From Tubiluchus corallicola (taxonomy: Eukaryota > Animalia > Priapulida): a stretch of 64,000 nt of DNA. The translations under genes were made by a program, and so were the position numbers. Shown one piece after another: positions 61,701 to 64,000 of this stretch; position 1 is the first letter of the stretch, and each line of letters opens with the position of its first letter. The notes under the pieces are model-generated. The model saw nothing but the letters and a program-made list of their open reading frames with translations, was not told where the DNA came from and did no database searches. The stretch spans positions 1-64,000 of the forward strand of contig JAQGDQ010000633.1 of assembly GCA_030141605.1 (NCBI GenBank), given 5' to 3'.

Positions 61701-62080
61701 ATACAAGATGTTCTACATGTACATTTCTATTATTGTAGTTTGCTGGTAAAATAAACTGAATTTGAATTTGAGAAAACTTTGTGCTACGTAAGTCAATTTT
61801 CTCCTAATTGTTGGTGGAAGTTTAAAATTGTGTGAATTCACCAGAGTTGTGCATGAGAGCAGCCATCATATCAACAGAATGAAAGGCTTTTTCATTTGTC
61901 ATGCAGTTACAGCTGCTAATGCAGCATTAATTGTTTAAGCTGTTACTACGTGAAGCTATCTTATGCATGATATCTGAAGTAAAAGTAATCTTGCATAAGT
62001 TTTTTTATGGTACTTTTGGGAATTTTTTCGTTACAGAAAGGCTTTAATGTAAAAACAAGAGTGTGTAATACCCACTAAAG

Positions 62081-62483
62081 CAGGGGTGTGCAAACTGCGG
62101 CCCGCCGAGAGATCTTATTTCAGCCCACGAAGAGGTTTGACAACGTAATGAAAGTGCGGCCCACGCGATCCAGCTGAAGTCTGCGCCAATATCGCAAAGT
62201 TTTTTCCTCTAAATCGGATGGCATTAACCCTTACAAGACCATTGTCACTTAATGTCACTGTCGGACATGACGAAATATATGGTTTTTAATATAAATTTTA
62301 ATAACTTCTAAAATAGTTTCTTGAGTGTAGTAGTGCAGTATTAATGATGTGCGCAAATCAGAGGCAAAAAAATCGTTAATAGGTCCTACTGTACTTGGCT
62401 CCTTGACCAAACTGCATCTGGCCCACAGGAACTGCAGGAATGTTTAATGTGGCCCAGCTAGTCAGATAATTTGCACACCCCTG
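62081..62483 (+). mobile_element. hAT MITE with perfect 8-bp TSD
   Basis: TIR caggggtgtgcaaa / tttgcacacccctg; TSD cactaaag on both sides. Confidence 0.93.
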
Positions 62484-62668
62484 CACTAAAGGGTGTAGAA
62501 GTGTTTTATAGCGAGTAGTGACAACAGCAGCATATATAAGTTTGATTTAGTACGTAGCGCATAGGGGATATTTGTAAATACAGGGCCAGTGCTGGAAGTG
62601 CAGGGCGTGATGTTTTACGCTTCATGCTATACGTCAGTCCCTCCCAAAAAAGTGTTGACAGCTTAAAG

Positions 62669-62847
62669 CTCTACCATTACTCACAATGCTCTACCATTAC
62701 CCACAATGCTCTACCATTATCCACAATGCTCTACTATTACCCACAATGCTCTACCATTACCCACAATGCTCTACCATTAGCCACAATGCTCTGCCATTAT
62801 CCACAATGCTCTACCATTACCCACAATGCTCTACCATTATCCACAAT
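62669..62847. repeat. 20-bp minisatellite, ~9 copies
   Basis: gctctaccattacccacaat. Confidence 0.9.
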
Positions 62848-64000
62848 CGTATACTAAAGATTGAAAACCTATGTAAAAATGTTTTAATACTGTTTATACT
62901 GTGATAAGCCTTCTAAAAACAGACTTTTTCCTTTTTTTATGTCAAAAATATTTCAGAATCATGTCAAAGTCAATGGTTTTTGTGATGTCATCTTTTATAG
63001 ATAGTGTCGCTGCATTATTTAGCTGCTTTTGTGAAATTGTTGACGGTTGGAATTTTTTTTGACTGTGTTGAAGGTTTGAATTTATCCTTCAAATCAGCAA
63101 AATTAAAATCCAGTGACAATCAAACTAATGCATATGAGGTTGTGAATTACAAAGCACATAAACAGACAATCAGCAAAAAACACATTGGAACATCTTGATA
63201 TACGAAGACAGACTGAATAGTTTCACCACATTTACAGTATCAAGAAACTTAGCGCACACTGGACACTCATTAATTCATCATAGCATCCTCTGCTCGAACG
63301 TGTACGTGGGGCCTTCTCTTGGGCAGGCCCAATTTGAACAAATCTGTCTAATTTGCTTAAAACTGGCCCTGTGTGAATTCTGGCTTCATTAAGAGCCAGT
63401 TCATTAGGTGTACACACCTTTTGACTCTTAGCAAAACTTTTGTCACGTTATTATATAATACTTCTAAACCTTTAAAATTGGATGTGAGCCATGTCTATGT
63501 TTCAAGCAAGCAAGCGCTACCTTTTTCTTTAAGTTAAATACCTCTTTTAGTAATTCCTGTAGACAAAAGACAAGGATTTCAAGAAATGCTTAGTTTTATC
63601 CTGCACATGAGCCGATGTATCGGGTGTCATTTTTCCATCATCCGTAATCGGACGTCCTAAATACCAGTACAGCTCGACAATAACATCATTCAGATGAACA
63701 CACAAAAATTAAAAAAGAGAGGTATTGGTAAGGTCGTTTAAATATTAATCATCATCATCATCATACGCCCATCATGTCTATTGTAGACATTGGGCAGGCA
63801 GAATTCTAAAATAAAAGAAATCTGCCTTCAGACAGGTAAATGCAGCAGTAATCCAGCAAAAAAACTAGACACTGCTATGCCAGTGGCTTGTCAGCACCAC
63901 TTCAGTTAAGTTTCATAAATCTCCTTGTTCTTTCTTCCTGCAATAGCGCCAATCTTCAGTCGATTTACAAACGAATGCCAAGTGCCATATTTTGTAGTAA

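Noticed and set aside
59000-64000. Additional gene upstream of NFAT5
   Set aside because: Only short ORFs without recognisable motifs; sequence looks like decayed LINE/MITE material. An unrecognised exon cannot be excluded.

Overview
AT-rich genomic DNA from an invertebrate animal, with spliceosomal introns and dense repeats. I could build three host genes by hand. (1) The 5' half of V-ATPase subunit H (ATP6V1H, minus strand, exons 1-5 at 15478->6333); no exon 6 is visible, and below ~3370 the window is an inverted near-identical copy of the exon-3 region (1-3370 mirrors ~10487-12371). (2) A complete 3-exon CHTF8/Ctf8 (plus strand, 16067-18483), head-to-head with ATP6V1H. (3) A 13-coding-exon NFAT5/TonEBP-type Rel-homology transcription factor (minus strand, 55539->20211, about 1365 aa). 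The introns hold hAT, Tc1/mariner, Harbinger, piggyBac-like and Kolobok-like MITEs, LTR and LINE relics and about 20 minisatellites. The most striking pattern is that five tandem duplications or arrays have an exon-intron junction of the host gene as their repeat unit. They create 2 to ~43 copies of a real splice site, and in four of the five any non-native copy leads to an early stop. Also notable is a 1.7-kb patchwork in ATP6V1H intron 3 of BEL/Pao and Gypsy fragments plus an intronless KIF21 kinesin fragment. All family assignments come from recalled motifs, not database searches.
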